Of a stretch of 64,000 nt of DNA, positions 28,120-40,894 are shown in pieces. Within the stretch, counting starts at the first letter, position 1. Each line of letters opens with the position of its first letter. The stretch is taken from assembly GCF_006345805.1 (NCBI RefSeq), contig NC_043018.1, positions 18,290,001 through 18,354,000 of the forward strand. Reading direction: 5' to 3'. Made by a program: the position numbers and the translations under genes. Origin of the DNA: Octopus sinensis. Lineage: Eukaryota. Under the pieces are notes generated by a model. The model had not been told where the DNA came from. It made no database searches and saw only the letters and a program-made list of their open reading frames with translations.

Positions 28120-28615
28120 CTGTGATATAAATGGGTATCACAGAAGTGGCAATACAAAGAATCTTGTACCATTTAAATGGAGTGGAGGCGCAATGGCCCA
28201 GTGGTTAGGGCAGCGGACTCGCGGTCATAGGATCGCGGTTTCGATACCCAGACCGGGCGTTGTGAGTGTTTATTGAGCGAAAACACCTAAAAGCTCCACG
28301 AGGCTCCGGCAGGGGATGGTGGTGATCCCTGCTGTACTCTTTCACCACAACTTTCTCTCACTCTTACTTCCTGTTTCTGTTGTACCTGTATTTCAAAGGG
28401 CCAGCCTTGTCACTCTCTGTGTCACGCTGAATATCCCCAAGAACTACGTTAAGGGTGCACGTGTCTGTGGAGTGCTCAGCCACTTACACGTTAATTTCAC
28501 GAGCAGGCTGTTCCGTTGATTCAGATCAACCGGAACCCTCATCGTCGTAACCGACGGAGTGCTTCCATCCATTTAATGGAATTATAAATTGGGACATTCT
28601 TGAAATGAACTATTC
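28120..28615 (-). pseudogene. CNG-family channel relic, repeat 4 S1, split by a SINE
   Basis: Removing the SINE and one TSD copy gives VPIYNSIKWYKILCIATSVIPIYIT, ending at cag|gtagaa; resembles HCN HPYSDFRFYWDLIML...IIPVGITF. Confidence 0.45.
28182..28568 (+). mobile_element. tRNA-derived SINE family C with TSD
   Basis: Full head to tail; flanked by ccatttaaatgga / ccatttaatgga. Confidence 0.9.
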
Positions 28616-28669
28616 ACAAATCAACAACTGAGTCAGAGGGACCACAATTGCTCTTAGTGGTTATATATC

Positions 28670-28773
28670 AAGAGGTCTTCTTCACCAGTGTCTCTGCCCT
28701 CCTTCCAATTCTTGGATTAATTGTTAATGGTCCTTTGTGGAGGACAAGTATTAACTCCACATATGAATAACTT
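28670..28773 (-). pseudogene. CNG-family channel relic, repeat 3 CNBD beta strands
   Basis: ELILVLHKGPLTINPRIGRRAETLVKKTS* resembles [28 protein letters not shown]; phase-compatible with the 29442 donor. Confidence 0.45.
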
Positions 28774-29441
28774 GTTTAATTAAAAGAATGTTACGATTTT
28801 TGCATAACAAATTTTATATGACATGCACACACACATCTGATGTCTTGGATACAAAACATCCTAACAAAATCAGTGTTGGCTGTAATTCCTATAGACTATC
28901 TTTAGAGATAACGCTAACAAGTGATGTAGTAGCACTGCTAACACAGAAGAACAAGATATTGACATATAAAGACTTTAATATACTTTGTAGCATATTACGG
29001 CTGTATAATGAAATATCACACACCTAGAAGTTATATATTTAAGGTGTATTCTGTTAGAAACGTTTTATAGTACAAAGTAGAGCTTCTTCACTCTTAGAAT
29101 CACCAAATAGCTGGTAATATTATGGTATACTTCCTGTGTATATGTGGATCTATGTTATATCAAAACGTGTTGTGTTTATTAAATAGCCGTCTAAACAACT
29201 CATTCTTGATTCTATTCAATTTTACAAGTTATATATGTATATATTAAGGATTATGGTGAAGTGGCATTAGCATTACCTTTAATTAATTTTTATATTTAAA
29301 ACCAGCCTCAAATAGACAGACCTATATATGTTTCGACTGCATTGGTTAGTTACCGTCAAACTATCTAATCCATGCCAGCATGGAAGACAGGTGTTAAATG
29401 ATTATGATGATGACTAGTATTACCTGTCATATGACAGATAC

Positions 29442-29526
29442 CTTGGGAAGTGTATTTTTGCCACCATTGTTGATAGCACAGAATAAAGCTTATCTACAAT
29501 GATTATATGGCTTTTATCAAATTCCT
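29442..29526 (-). pseudogene. CNG-family channel relic, repeat 3 CNBD alphaA-beta1 exon
   Basis: cacag|...EFDKSHIIIVDKLYSVLSTMVAKIHFP ag|gtatct; parallels repeat 1 FAKMETL...LAEVYNAKAEYPP. Confidence 0.45.
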
Positions 29527-29886
29527 CTGTGCTTACACGAAATAATGAAATGAATATTAATTTTCAAAAGAAAGATATTTAATACTTTAAAATATAATCA
29601 AATACTACATATTTCTTATTTTTATATATATTATAAAAGTTATTATTCTGAATGTCAACATAATCGCAAACTACTTTGTCAAAAGCCTACGTCTGCTTTG
29701 CATATAAAAACAGTAATATTTTTCAGAAAGTTATGAACACTCACCCAGCATTTCATGTATTAACACATACTGTACTTTCTTTTACCTTCACACCCCCTCT
29801 ATTTATTCCTCTTTTTTCTCTCACTTTCCCCCTCTCTATATCATGTAAAGCATGACTGGAGAAACCAAACCAGCGTATAGCTAAGC

Positions 29887-29933
<47 letters not shown>

Positions 29934-30046
29934 TATATTAATTAGAGACAAAACCACTATTATGCAAATCAAACAAAGAAAGACTTAAGCCAATACATAA
30001 AAAATTTTATATAAATTAAATATAATTAAATATAATTATATATATA

Positions 30047-30155
30047 TACAGGCATCCAGCAACAGGACCTCTGTAATGCCATGATGGACCGTGAAGTCTG
30101 GCGTAGCATGGTAAATTCCATTGTCTCGACCACTGTTGAACAATGATGATGATGT
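30047..30155 (+). mobile_element. 3' end of an RTE-clade LINE
   Basis: GIQQQDLCNAMMDREVWRSMVNSIVSTTVEQ* followed by (GAT)n. Confidence 0.7.
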
Positions 30156-30227
30156 TGTGATTAAATCTGAAAGATAAATATATTCTTGAATTAAAAAAAA
30201 CCTTGAAAAACCTGATTTAATGATTAA

Positions 30228-30522
30228 TTGTAGTAAAGACTGTTTGCCAAATTAGCATGGCAGTCCTGGTTTAGGACAAATGTTACTGTAATTTAGCACA
30301 ATTATTCCGTGTTTTTAATGAAGGGAAATAACCCGCAAATCATGATACGCAGACATTGTTTTGAGCTGAGTGGTGGTGCTAGATTCTCTTGTTCAAAAAT
30401 ATAAGGACACAGATCGTGTCATATAGCCAGCTGGAGACGATGTCTCCTGGGGCTAAATTACAGCAACATTTGTCCTAAACCAGGATGGCCATGTTATGTA
30501 GGCAAACAATCTTTTACTACAA
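30228..30522. mobile_element. MITE with ~70-bp imperfect TIRs
   Basis: 30230-30300 is the reverse complement of 30452-30520; an internally deleted relative lies at 57345-57545. Confidence 0.6.
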
Positions 30523-31084
30523 AGTACTGTTTCTGAATATCTCTCGTGAGATTTAAAAATAGTAATTTTTTTAATGATTAATGATGGGTAAAATTGTAAT
30601 TGTTTTTATAAATTTAAATTAATATAAATAAATACACACACAAACTTATGGCTTCTTTACCTCTCCCTACCAACTTTTAGTCAAGTTTATCCTTTTATTG
30701 AGACTTATGTCTGTGTGCGTAAACATCTCGTGTAGCTGGCACTCATCAATTAGATAAGTATTAACATCTTTATCAACCCCTACCATTATTTGCCAATTTC
30801 AGCATTCTTCTGACACCTTTAGTTCTTTTATGATAACTCTTTGTATTTCTCTCTTGCTCTTTCTTTCTCTCCTCTATCTCTTTGCTGTCTAGGCTTGACT
30901 GGAGAAATCAACAAACCAACGTTTATATCCACTACTATATCGATTCTCATGAGTACATGTGCTAATGTATGTACGTACGTATGTATGTATGTGTATAAAT
31001 AAATGAGCAGGATCAAAGACAAACCATGTTTCTGATGAAATTTATGAAGCTTCAGATTTTGGCGTGGAGGTTCTTGTAGAGTTG

Positions 31085-31452
31085 GAAAATATACATGTAT
31101 ATAAAAATAGACAAAATCAAAATGTGACTTACATTGGATCAACATCTAATAAAATTAAATAAAGGGTGGCTCAGCATTTGTACTCTTTTAAGAATAAAAA
31201 ATTGATGAACTCAACAGGCTGAAGTAAATACACAGTATATGGGAATAAAATACTAAAGACATAAAGTATAAATTAAAATGGGAAATAATATGTAAAACGA
31301 AATCATATAGATTAGGTAATGAATTCTGTCTTCTGTGTACACACGAATTTATGGATATATTAAAAGCTAAAATAAGTCTGATCAACACCCAGGAAGAACG
31401 AAAACTTAAATGTAAACATAAACTGAATTGTCTATTTAATAAGATGAGATAA
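31085..31452 (+). mobile_element. Penelope-like element, degenerate GIY-YIG endonuclease C-terminus
   Basis: YIGSTSNKIK*RVAQHLYSFKNKKLMNSTG..IWE..KDIKYKLKWEIICKTKSYRLGNEFCLLCTHEFMDILKAK..LINTQEERKLKCKHK matches the PLE endonuclease pattern (YIG, R..H, WEI, CxLC, KCxH). Confidence 0.8.
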
Positions 31453-32573
31453 CATTTGATTCTTTAGAAAATAAATAAAACCCTAATTTTAAATCAAATA
31501 AAATTTAATCATAATACTTAGATATAATGTATAATCATATTTTATTATTTAGTATAACTAGAATATATCTACTTACTTATATATAAATGTAAGATAATAT
31601 TTAATTAACTTCTAATTTCAGATATTTTAGTTTCGTAATAAAAATTTATAGTATAATATTAGATGGTATTATTCTAAATTTTTAATATTAATTTAGAAAC
31701 TCAGTTTTAAGAATAACATCAATTTTAAGAATAATAATATAATCAATATATATTAATTGTATTATAATTATAAAAATAATAAAAAATTAGATTTTTACTG
31801 AATTTTACTAATTTTTACTGACTTTTATGTATTTCAAAATATTTTTTAATATTTTGAAATTATATGTTGAGTAATTTAGTTTACCTATTTACCGACCTAG
31901 AAATTTATTATTTATCAAAGTTAACATTTATATAAAATAAATTAACCAAGAAAATAAAAAGACTATTCCCATCATACACTCACTTCTGGCTTCTTCTGAT
32001 TTATTATTATAAATAATAGAAAATACCTTTTAAGAACTTTTAAATGTTAATAAGAATTATTTCTCCAAAACAGTAACTCTCAATCTTGGATTATATGATT
32101 GCTGGTAGCCATGTTTAATTCATGGAGAGAAAATTACCATACATATAAGTTAACATTTCTTTTTACTAACATTTCTTTTTCTTACTTTTATTCCACATTA
32201 CTGTTCATTATTTACTAAAGTAAATTTATTCCAACAACTTCTAGTTAGATAATTTTAGTTTGTCATGTCTTCATATAAGATGTAAATAGCACAATAAGTT
32301 CAAATATGTTAGACCTGAAGATTGGCAATATATTGATTTTAATATGATATTGTATTTAGAGACATTCTATTTCAGCAATATCGAGGAATATGTTCTCATG
32401 AAACACGCGTAGTAAAGTATATGATTTGAAATAAGACTTGAAGGTATTCATTTTGCTAATTTTAATATTTTGTCCTATATGTACCCATTGTGGATAACGT
32501 CGTGCAATGATGATTGATTTGTTTGAAGGTGATTCTGTCTCTTAAACCTATACATATATATATATATATATAA

Positions 32574-32604
<31 letters not shown>

Positions 32605-32639
32605 CATATGTATGAGTTCCTTTCGAGTGTTGGGCCTCA

Positions 32640-33052
32640 TGGAGGCAAAGTGGATGAGCTTCTTTCAAGTGTTCGGCGTCACGGAGGCAATGACCAAGAC
32701 CTTTGGCATTATGTTGTGCTTGAGAAGACCTGTCAAGTTGAGCAAAATAGCAGTTGTGGCAGATACCAGTGTCATGCAAATGGCGCTCATGCCTGTAGAA
32801 GCACCCATTACACTCTCGAAGTGGTTGGCTTTAGGAAGGGCATCCAGCTGTAGAAAACCATACCAAATCAGCCTGGATCCTGGTGCAGCCTGGATCCTGG
32901 TGCAGCCTGGATCCTGGTGCAGCCTGGATCCTGGTGTAGCCTGGATCCTGGTGCAGCCTGGATCCTGGTGCAGCGTTTTAGCTTCCCAACCCTGGCCAAA
33001 CCAGTCAACCCATGCCAGCATGGACAACAAACATTAAATGATAATGTTGATG

Positions 33053-33055
<3 letters not shown>
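32640..33055 (+). mobile_element. RTE-derived 3' end element with internal 17-bp x6 repeat
   Basis: Same 3' UTR and tail as 24690-25200; gcctggatcctggtgca x6 at 32871-32972. Confidence 0.8.
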
Positions 33056-33103
<48 letters not shown>

Positions 33104-34516
33104 TGGTGGAGGATGGTCTTTAGGCTGTACCCGATAAGTTTTATCCACTAGATTGGAAAATTGGAATACTGCCAAAGACAACTTTACATTATATTCTTCT
33201 TGGAAGGGGATGAGAAAATAATTACAATACCATGTGATCAGGTATCAGTTTGATAATTGCATTCAAAATTAATATCCTACAACATACACACAAAATCATG
33301 TGCAGGTATATACATGTATGTATATGCATGTATGTTTGTGTTCTGCATGATTAGAAATGAAGATGAGGAAACGATAATTTGGAATTAACATTTTTGGCTG
33401 ACTACAATCATAAATTTTCTTGTCTGTGTGCCAGAAGTCAGACTCTTTTACCCCCTCCCTCTTTGGCCATCTTTTTAATTATATATATTATATATATATA
33501 TATAATTAGGGGGCATGAGAGGTGAATACATAAGTATATTTAACCACGTGGGATAAAACTGTGGACAATGCTGCATTGTAATGTCTGTGTCGATTGGATA
33601 TGGATGGCAAAGGATTTAATTTTAAATCGAGTGAATGCACAGAACTTCTGCATGAAAGGACATGAGGGCACTTAGCCAGCAGAAACCTGTGTCAGATTGG
33701 AATTTGATGAGAATAACGATTTACCAAATAAATTTTGAAGGGATGTAGTTCTCCATTCTTCTTTATGATGTCTTGATTGTATATTCTGTATGCTGTATAA
33801 AATCCAATGAAGAGAACTCAGGATTTACTTATCAAATGAAATAAAATTTGTTTTTCTCAATTCTGTACATTCCCTATCATTCAATGTGGTTTGCCAGATC
33901 TGGATTGTATCAAAGTGCTAATAAGGTACCTACCTGGAATCCAATTCCCTATTCTTTTGTTATATATATAATATTCTTATATGAATATATGCATGTGTGA
34001 GTGCACACATATATATGGTGTGTAGGAAATGTAAATAAGCATGGTGTAGATATTTACAGACACAAAAGAACTCCAATTCCTTCATCCAGGTCTGTTGCTT
34101 CCTGTGTTCGAAGTTAGCGATAAAAACGATCCTCGTGAAATTGGTATGGGAGTTGAAAAACCAATGAATATGAATAGGCTTAATACATATATATATATAT
34201 ATATATATTCAAATGGAATACAAAATACAGAGCACAGAATATGTAGACATATGCAATAAGCCTACTCGTATTTATCTGCCTTTCTTCAAATATATTTATA
34301 CATAACAAGGAAAAGGAGAATTTCATTCTGATCTCGCATGGGCTGGGTTGACATCACAGTTCTCTGTTCAGTTCTTATGCAGAGTTACTTCCCCCTTATC
34401 CAAATCAGAGACCATGTCTTACTTGTACTTTCCTTTTTCTGACATGGATTCCACAGTTTGATGCCCTTCCCATTACCATTTTCCTTACAAAGTCTACAAT
34501 GTATATTTAACTGTGC

Positions 34517-34851
34517 CACCAGCACTGAAGAGGTTACCCTGTAACCAGCAATACTATGGTGTCCCCTTCAATCCTGTATTACCCCTGTTTGTGTGGCACC
34601 AGCACTGAAAAAGTTACCCTATAACCAGCAACACTATAGTGTCCCCCTCAATCCTGTATTGCCTCTGTTTGTGTGGCATCAGCACTGAAGAGGTTACCCT
34701 ATAACCAGCAACACTATAGTGTCCCCCTCAATCCTGTATTGCCCCTGTTTGTCAGGTACCAGCACTGAAGAGGTTACCCTATAACCAGCAACACTATAGT
34801 GTCCCCATCAATCCTATAGTGTCCCAATCAATCCTGTATTGCCCCTGTTTG
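34517..34851. repeat. 80-bp minisatellite x4
   Basis: Unit starts at 34517, 34597, 34677 and 34757. Confidence 0.9.
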
Positions 34852-35050
34852 TTCTATCACTGGTACCAGAGAAGTTGTCCTATTCCTGATAAGACTCCTT
34901 TTCTTCATACCTTTTTTTTCTACACAACAGGAATTCTAGAGGACATTTTCAATCTTGCCACCTCTGTATTAACTTGCTGTGTAATCACTTTCTAAAATTT
35001 TCAAAGGGCGGCTGGAATTAAAAATGGTTTATTTTTACAGTTCAAGTCCT

Positions 35051-35279
35051 ATCCTTTTAGAGATAGGGAGGTTATCTAGTTGTGAAACAGGGCCTTGGTA
35101 TTACACATCGCTGATCACAATGTGTTTTGCATTATTTTATCCTTTTAGAGATAGGAGGTTATCTAGTTGTGAAACAGGGCCTTGGCATTACACATCGCTG
35201 ATCACAATGTGTTTTGCATTGTTTTATCCTTTTAGAGATAGGAGGTTATCTAGTTGTGAAACAGGGCCTTGGCATTATA
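35051..35279. repeat. 87-88-bp tandem repeat x2.6
   Basis: Unit starts at 35051, 35139 and 35226. Confidence 0.9.
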
Positions 35280-35639
35280 CTTGTCTAAATTATGGTAGCA
35301 TGCAAAAGTGGGTGTAAAAACAAATGAATATATATAGTATGAGCGTATATACTCTCATACTTTTATGTGCACGTGTGTATGCATGTATGTGAATGCATAT
35401 TACTGTACACATGTATACATGTATATGTGCATATATTACTTTCATTGTATGTATTTGTATGCACATGCATATATTTGCATGTCCATACATATGTATGTGA
35501 TAATCGTATATGTATTTCGTGAGGAACAGTTTAGTTAATCTAAATTACTGAGAATATATTCATCAAGAAGGTCACATACCTAATTAGAAATTAGCTTAAT
35601 GACCAACATAAACAGAAAGGCTAAATCTTGACTATAGTC

Positions 35640-35750
35640 ATGTACAGAAAATCTGCTTATATCGTCCTTTGCCAGGATGTCAAGAAGTTTCTTTATAATG
35701 TGTATGATACTTCAGGTAAGTGGTGAGATAATTTTGTGGTACCACAATGT
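35640..35750 (-). pseudogene. CNG-family channel relic, repeat 3 C-linker (distal)
   Basis: LWYHK and HLPEV in adjacent frames resemble YLWTNK...LPDKL. Confidence 0.3.
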
Positions 35751-37189
35751 TCGTGTTGTTTCCCCTTCTCCATGCATTAAATTCCCATTGCTTTTCATTC
35801 CATGAATAAATAATTATCTTCAGCAAGATAAAGAAAAACCAAAACATATACAGAATAAAAACGTCTTAAGGAAAGATTAGCAAGCATTTTTTCATCTCTT
35901 TCTAAATATGCATAAATATTATATACCTATGCATAGAAGTGTGTCTGTGTGTATATGCAATTTAGAGAAACCTTAAACCTTTCCTCCATGCTTTACATGC
36001 ATTTGGTGTGTGTGTACCTACATCATATATAAACATACATGTATGTGTGTATATATGTTTATATCCAATAAAAAATTGATTATGACAGAAATAAATCAGT
36101 TTTCGTTTGAATAAGAAACAATGATTGTGAGTGGATAAAAAAACTGTTCTGATATTTAGTGAATTTGGGGTGGAGAGTATGGTGAGAGTTTGAGGCTATA
36201 AGAGGACGAGATTAATTGTAGGTGGAGGGGAAGTATTCTCAAGGTAGGAGGAGGAGTAAGTGTAGAGTAACAGTAAATCCAGTTGGGTGTCATTTGTATA
36301 ATGTTGACTCTAGATATATTATCTCACAAAAGTAAAAAAATCTCCCAAATTGGTTTCTGTAATTTGAAGGGCTGAAAACTCATTTCATTCAGTTTTAATG
36401 TGTGTGCATGTAAATATGTCCAGACATTGTCCATTGACATGTTGGTATTTGAAGAACTGGGTCGGTGGGAAATGTTTCCTGGAAACAGTCGATAGGTGGT
36501 GATTTGGCAGAATTGTTAGCACGCCAGGCGAAATGCTTAGCAGTATTTCGTCTGTCTTTACATTCTGAGTTCAAATTCTGCCAAGGTTGACTTTGCCTTT
36601 CATCTTTTCAGGGTCAATTAAATAAGTACCAGTTTTACACTGGGGGTCAATGTAAACGACTTAATCTCACACAAACACACACACACACACAATGCGTTTC
36701 TTATAGTTTCCATCTGTCAAATCTACTCACAAGGCTTTGGTCAGCCCCCTGTGTTTAGCCCCCAGTGGGCAATAAAGAAATAGGAAACAGTTGATAGTTG
36801 GTGATAAGAAGGGCATCTGGCCATCATAGCCCCTTGTGGGTAATAAAGAAACAGATAAGGAGTGCATCTGGCTGAAGAAAATCTGCCTCAAGAAATTTCC
36901 TCTGACCCATGCAAGTTTGGAAAAGGGAGCATTAAAATGTTTTTATTTATCTAGCTTTTTGTAAAAGATATAATGTAGATTTTTGGAAAAGGGGGAACCT
37001 CTGGCAAGAGAGATTTGTCTTGTAATCTGAGTGAAGATTTGTCTCAAATTAATGCAACATAGACCAAAATGAAGTCTGACGAGGTGATGTAAAAGAATTA
37101 AAGAATTAAGTTAATATAACTCCCAAACATAGAAAAAGTCTGTGAGTACATTTGAGATAAAGAATGCGATTATCAAAAGGAAATGCACA

Positions 37190-37326
37190 CAGCTTTTGGT
37201 TCATTCAGCTTTTGTTTGAGTGCTTTTGTCAAGTCTGCAGTTAATTCCACTCTTCATTGTGCTTCTGCTCTTATTTGACTTCCTTGTTGAATCAATGATT
37301 TTTCATGACCTCAGCTGCTTGACTGT
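37190..37326 (-). pseudogene. CNG-family channel relic, repeat 3 C-linker (proximal)
   Basis: After ttctacag: IIDSTRKSNKSRSTMKSGINCRLDKSTQTK, resembling [31 protein letters not shown]. Confidence 0.35.
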
Positions 37327-37677
37327 AGAAACCATAAACTAACACAGTATCTATTCTTTCTTTTTACTGTTTTTACATTTTTTTTTTTTTACTGTTTTTT
37401 ACATCTCTTGAGGTGTCTCGTTTAGTAGGTGACCAACCTATCACTTCCTCTTAAATATTCTTTCAGTGAATCAGATATTTTTTGATTATTTCACTACTTG
37501 AATAATAAAACTTTGGATATTTTCATAAACTGAATCTAGAAAGAAAATAAAAGATAAACTTCACGCACATCTATCTTTGAAATGCAAATTCAAATCAAAT
37601 CTTGATATTTTTTTCTTCTTAATTTTATGCATTTAAAATTTAAGTTCATTATTTGGTTTCTAGATAAACTTCAATTA

Positions 37678-38056
37678 TCTCTATATATATAAACGGCAAA
37701 ACGACTGTGTATGTGTGTGTTCGTGTTCTTTATACAAATCCACAATTTTTCAGTTAGAGGGCTTGCACTTTCTATGGTCATTCAAAACTGTCCAAGGGTG
37801 GTCGTGCACATCTTTACATTTCCCCAGTCACCCAGCAAAGCCATTAAAAAATCAATAGAAGTGACTTTTTTTGTGAATTTTCTATCCAAAACCTAATCAA
37901 ATTGCTGGAAACTTAATATGCCAATTGAATGCCAGCTAGCTGTATGTGATTGGTCGGAGATTTGGACAGTACTCGCATGTATGTGCTCACGCACACATGC
38001 AGCTGTATATGCATGCACTAGCACTATGACCCGGCGTTGCCCGGTCATAGTGCTAG
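37678..38056 (+). mobile_element. Complete non-autonomous Helitron (379 bp)
   Basis: A|TCTCTATATATATAAAC start; terminal hairpin and CTAG|T end. Confidence 0.75.
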
Positions 38057-38117
38057 TATTTATTAAACTATTACAGAGGAGGAGCACTAAGCAGTGATAA
38101 GTGAAACTGCAATGTTA

Positions 38118-38870
38118 TTACCAGCCTGAACATGCTCGACGTATGTTCAAACAGGAGAACAAGCTACTCAGTGTGTTTTGTCATGGAGAATATATCCTGT
38201 TTGTCGACAAATGGTGTGTATACATCTAGATCAGCTCACAGCACCATCTACCTAGACCAGTGGTTTTCAACCAGGGTTCCGCGGAACCTTAGGGTTCCAG
38301 GGGTTCCGCAAGAAGTTACAAAACTGCTAAAATCGGCAGTAATTTTTAATTCTCCTGTGCAGATATGTGTGCATAAGACTATTAAATTATTGCACAGGGG
38401 TTCCTCGAGCCAGTGGAATGTTTCCTTGGGGTTCTGCTCCAGCAAAAAGTTTGAAAAGCACTGACCTAGACTATGAGATGTTAACATTTCGGAGTAGTTA
38501 TCTCCTCATTGATCACAGACACACTAAGCAGATGGCACTGCGAGCTGAATTAAGAGATTACCTTTCTTATGCTTTTCCAGTCACTGTACAGTAATTTACT
38601 TATGGTGAGCCACCGTACAGTGTCTGGAAAAGTGTCAGAGAGGCAATCTCATAATTCAGCTCGCAGTGCCATCTGCTTAGAGTCTGTGACTGATGAGGAG
38701 GTAACTACTCTGAAATGTTAACATCTCACAGTCTAGGTAGATAGCGCTGTTAGCTGATCTAGGTGTATACACACCATTTGTCAAGAAGCAGGATATATTC
38801 TGTGTGACAAAACGCAGTGAATAGCTTGTTCCCCAGTTCAAACGGGCATCAAGCATATTCGGGCTGATAA
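38118..38870. mobile_element. Long foldback element (arms ~270 bp, loop ~20 nt)
   Basis: Left arm 38118-38591 (minus the insert) is the imperfect reverse complement of 38611-38870. Confidence 0.85.
38258..38463. mobile_element. hAT (Buster/Charlie-type) MITE, 206 bp
   Basis: TIR cagtggttttcaac / cagtgcttttcaaa; perfect 8-bp TSD acctagac with central TA. Confidence 0.9.
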
Positions 38871-38959
38871 CCTTGTCCTTAAACTGTTTTGTGATTTCAA
38901 ATCTATATTTTCCCTTGTTAATATGAACAAGATCCTGTATGCGTGTTTGTTTGCTCATT

Positions 38960-39471
38960 CCTGTGTGTGTGTATATATATGTATATATTTATGTGTGTGT
39001 GTGTGTGTATGTGCATGTGTGTGTATGTGTATATATGTGTGTGTATGTGTATGCGTGTATGTGTATATATGTATATGTATATGTATATATATATGTGTGT
39101 GTGTGTATGTGAGTGTGTGTGTGTGTCTGCATATGTATATGTGTATGTGTATATGCATATGTGTATGTATATGTGTACATGTATATATGTATATGCATAT
39201 ATGTATATGTGTATATGCATATATATATGTGTATATGCATATATATATATATGTGTATATGCATATATATATATATGTGTATATGCATATATATGTGTAT
39301 ATGCATATATATATATATGTGTATATGCATATATATATATGTGTATATGTATATATATATATATGTGTATATGTATATATATATATGTGTATATGTATAT
39401 ATATGTGTATATGTATATATATATATGTGTGTATATGTATGTGTATATATATGTGTATATGTATATATCTA

Positions 39472-39502
<31 letters not shown>

Positions 39503-39525
39503 GTATGTATAATGTGTGTGTGTGA
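38960..39525. repeat. (GT/AT) compound microsatellite
   Basis: Direct. Confidence 0.9.
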
Positions 39526-39799
39526 GCAGCATGCAGAGAGAAGAACAATATAAATGCATTTGGATTCAGTCAACAAGTCAGAACAAGAATTCCAACATTT
39601 ATTTAAATCATGTCATTACCAATGTTACAAAAAAAAAAAAAAAAAAAAAGAAGGAGGAAGGAGTAGGAAATATAACAAAGTATAGTTTGGTGGGGGTGGT
39701 GGTGGTTGTGGTGGTGGGGAGGGTACATAAATGAAATAAATGAAACACAATTTTCTTTCAATAAACAACAACAACAACAACAATAACAACAATTAAGTG

Positions 39800-39960
39800 A
39801 TGACAATTCCCATCACAGTTACTTTTAATATATTATTATGCCATTGTTTTATGTTTTGGGGGGTTTTTTTCTCCACAAAATACACCATGGGCCATAGAAT
39901 AAAGGGTGCAATGCAGTCCTATTGATTGAAGTTCATATGAAATATTTTTAAGTTTAAAGG
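39800..39960 (-). pseudogene. CNG-family channel relic, repeat 3 pore + S6 start
   Basis: TLYSMAHGVFCGEKNPPK resembles CNG SLYWSTLTLTTIGETPPP and HCN LFKAMSHMLCIG; VTVMGIVIT follows after a frameshift. Confidence 0.5.
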
Positions 39961-40072
39961 TTGCAGTAAAACAAGGCTCTTTGGTGACGAAAACAATTTT
40001 AGTCTCATCTGTCATCCAACAGCTTTCCAAATGTCACTAGGATGCGAATATATACACATACTTGTGTGTATG

Positions 40073-40104
<32 letters not shown>

Positions 40105-40213
40105 CATGTATGTATGTATGTATGTATGCATGTATGTATGTATGTATGCATGTATGTATGTATGTATGTGTGTGTGTATATGTGTGTGTATGTATGTATG
40201 TATGTATGTGTGT

Positions 40214-40261
<48 letters not shown>

Positions 40262-40894
40262 TAGAGAGAGAAGAATACAGTGTACATTCAAACACAAAAG
40301 AGATACCCGAAGAATAGGATATCTGATTCACTAGAAAGAGCAGTTAAACTCCAAGCCACTAATTGTTGTAATTCCGAAAGTGATAGAAAAATAAAAAAAC
40401 TTTTACCTTAATCCTAGACCTCGCAAGGTTTCTGCAGATTTTATTTTCCCCTTCTCCCTAGACCACTGGTAACTAAGAATTTTTTCGATAAATATTCTTG
40501 CTACCCTAAGATTTTAATTAATGATAAAATATATATATATATATATATATGTATATCTTTCTGTGTGAGTTAGTGGTTGGGAAACCAACGAAGGGATGGT
40601 ACCTATCCAATATACTGCTGGTAGTGTACCCAAGTTATTCATACCCAAGTGCTAGCTATTGCATGGCAATCTCGCAATTGAGTGTAATATATGGGCAGGG
40701 GTAAAAAGTGGTTTACCCTTAATTTATACGGCAAATAAGAGAATGAAGAGGTTACAAAATGACATATGCCATTTTCTATCCCCTCCACTTTCTTATTGGC
40801 TATATATATATATATATATATATACAATTTAAAATTTACAACTTAAAAATAGGATAAAATCTTCATAAAAATTTATCAAGTAGTTTTGACTTTA

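Noticed and set aside
31450-32300. Extremely AT-rich tract resembling a mitochondrial insertion
   Set aside because: No rRNA, tRNA or mitochondrial protein motif found; position between the GIY-YIG remnant and a hammerhead-like motif fits a Penelope 3' region.
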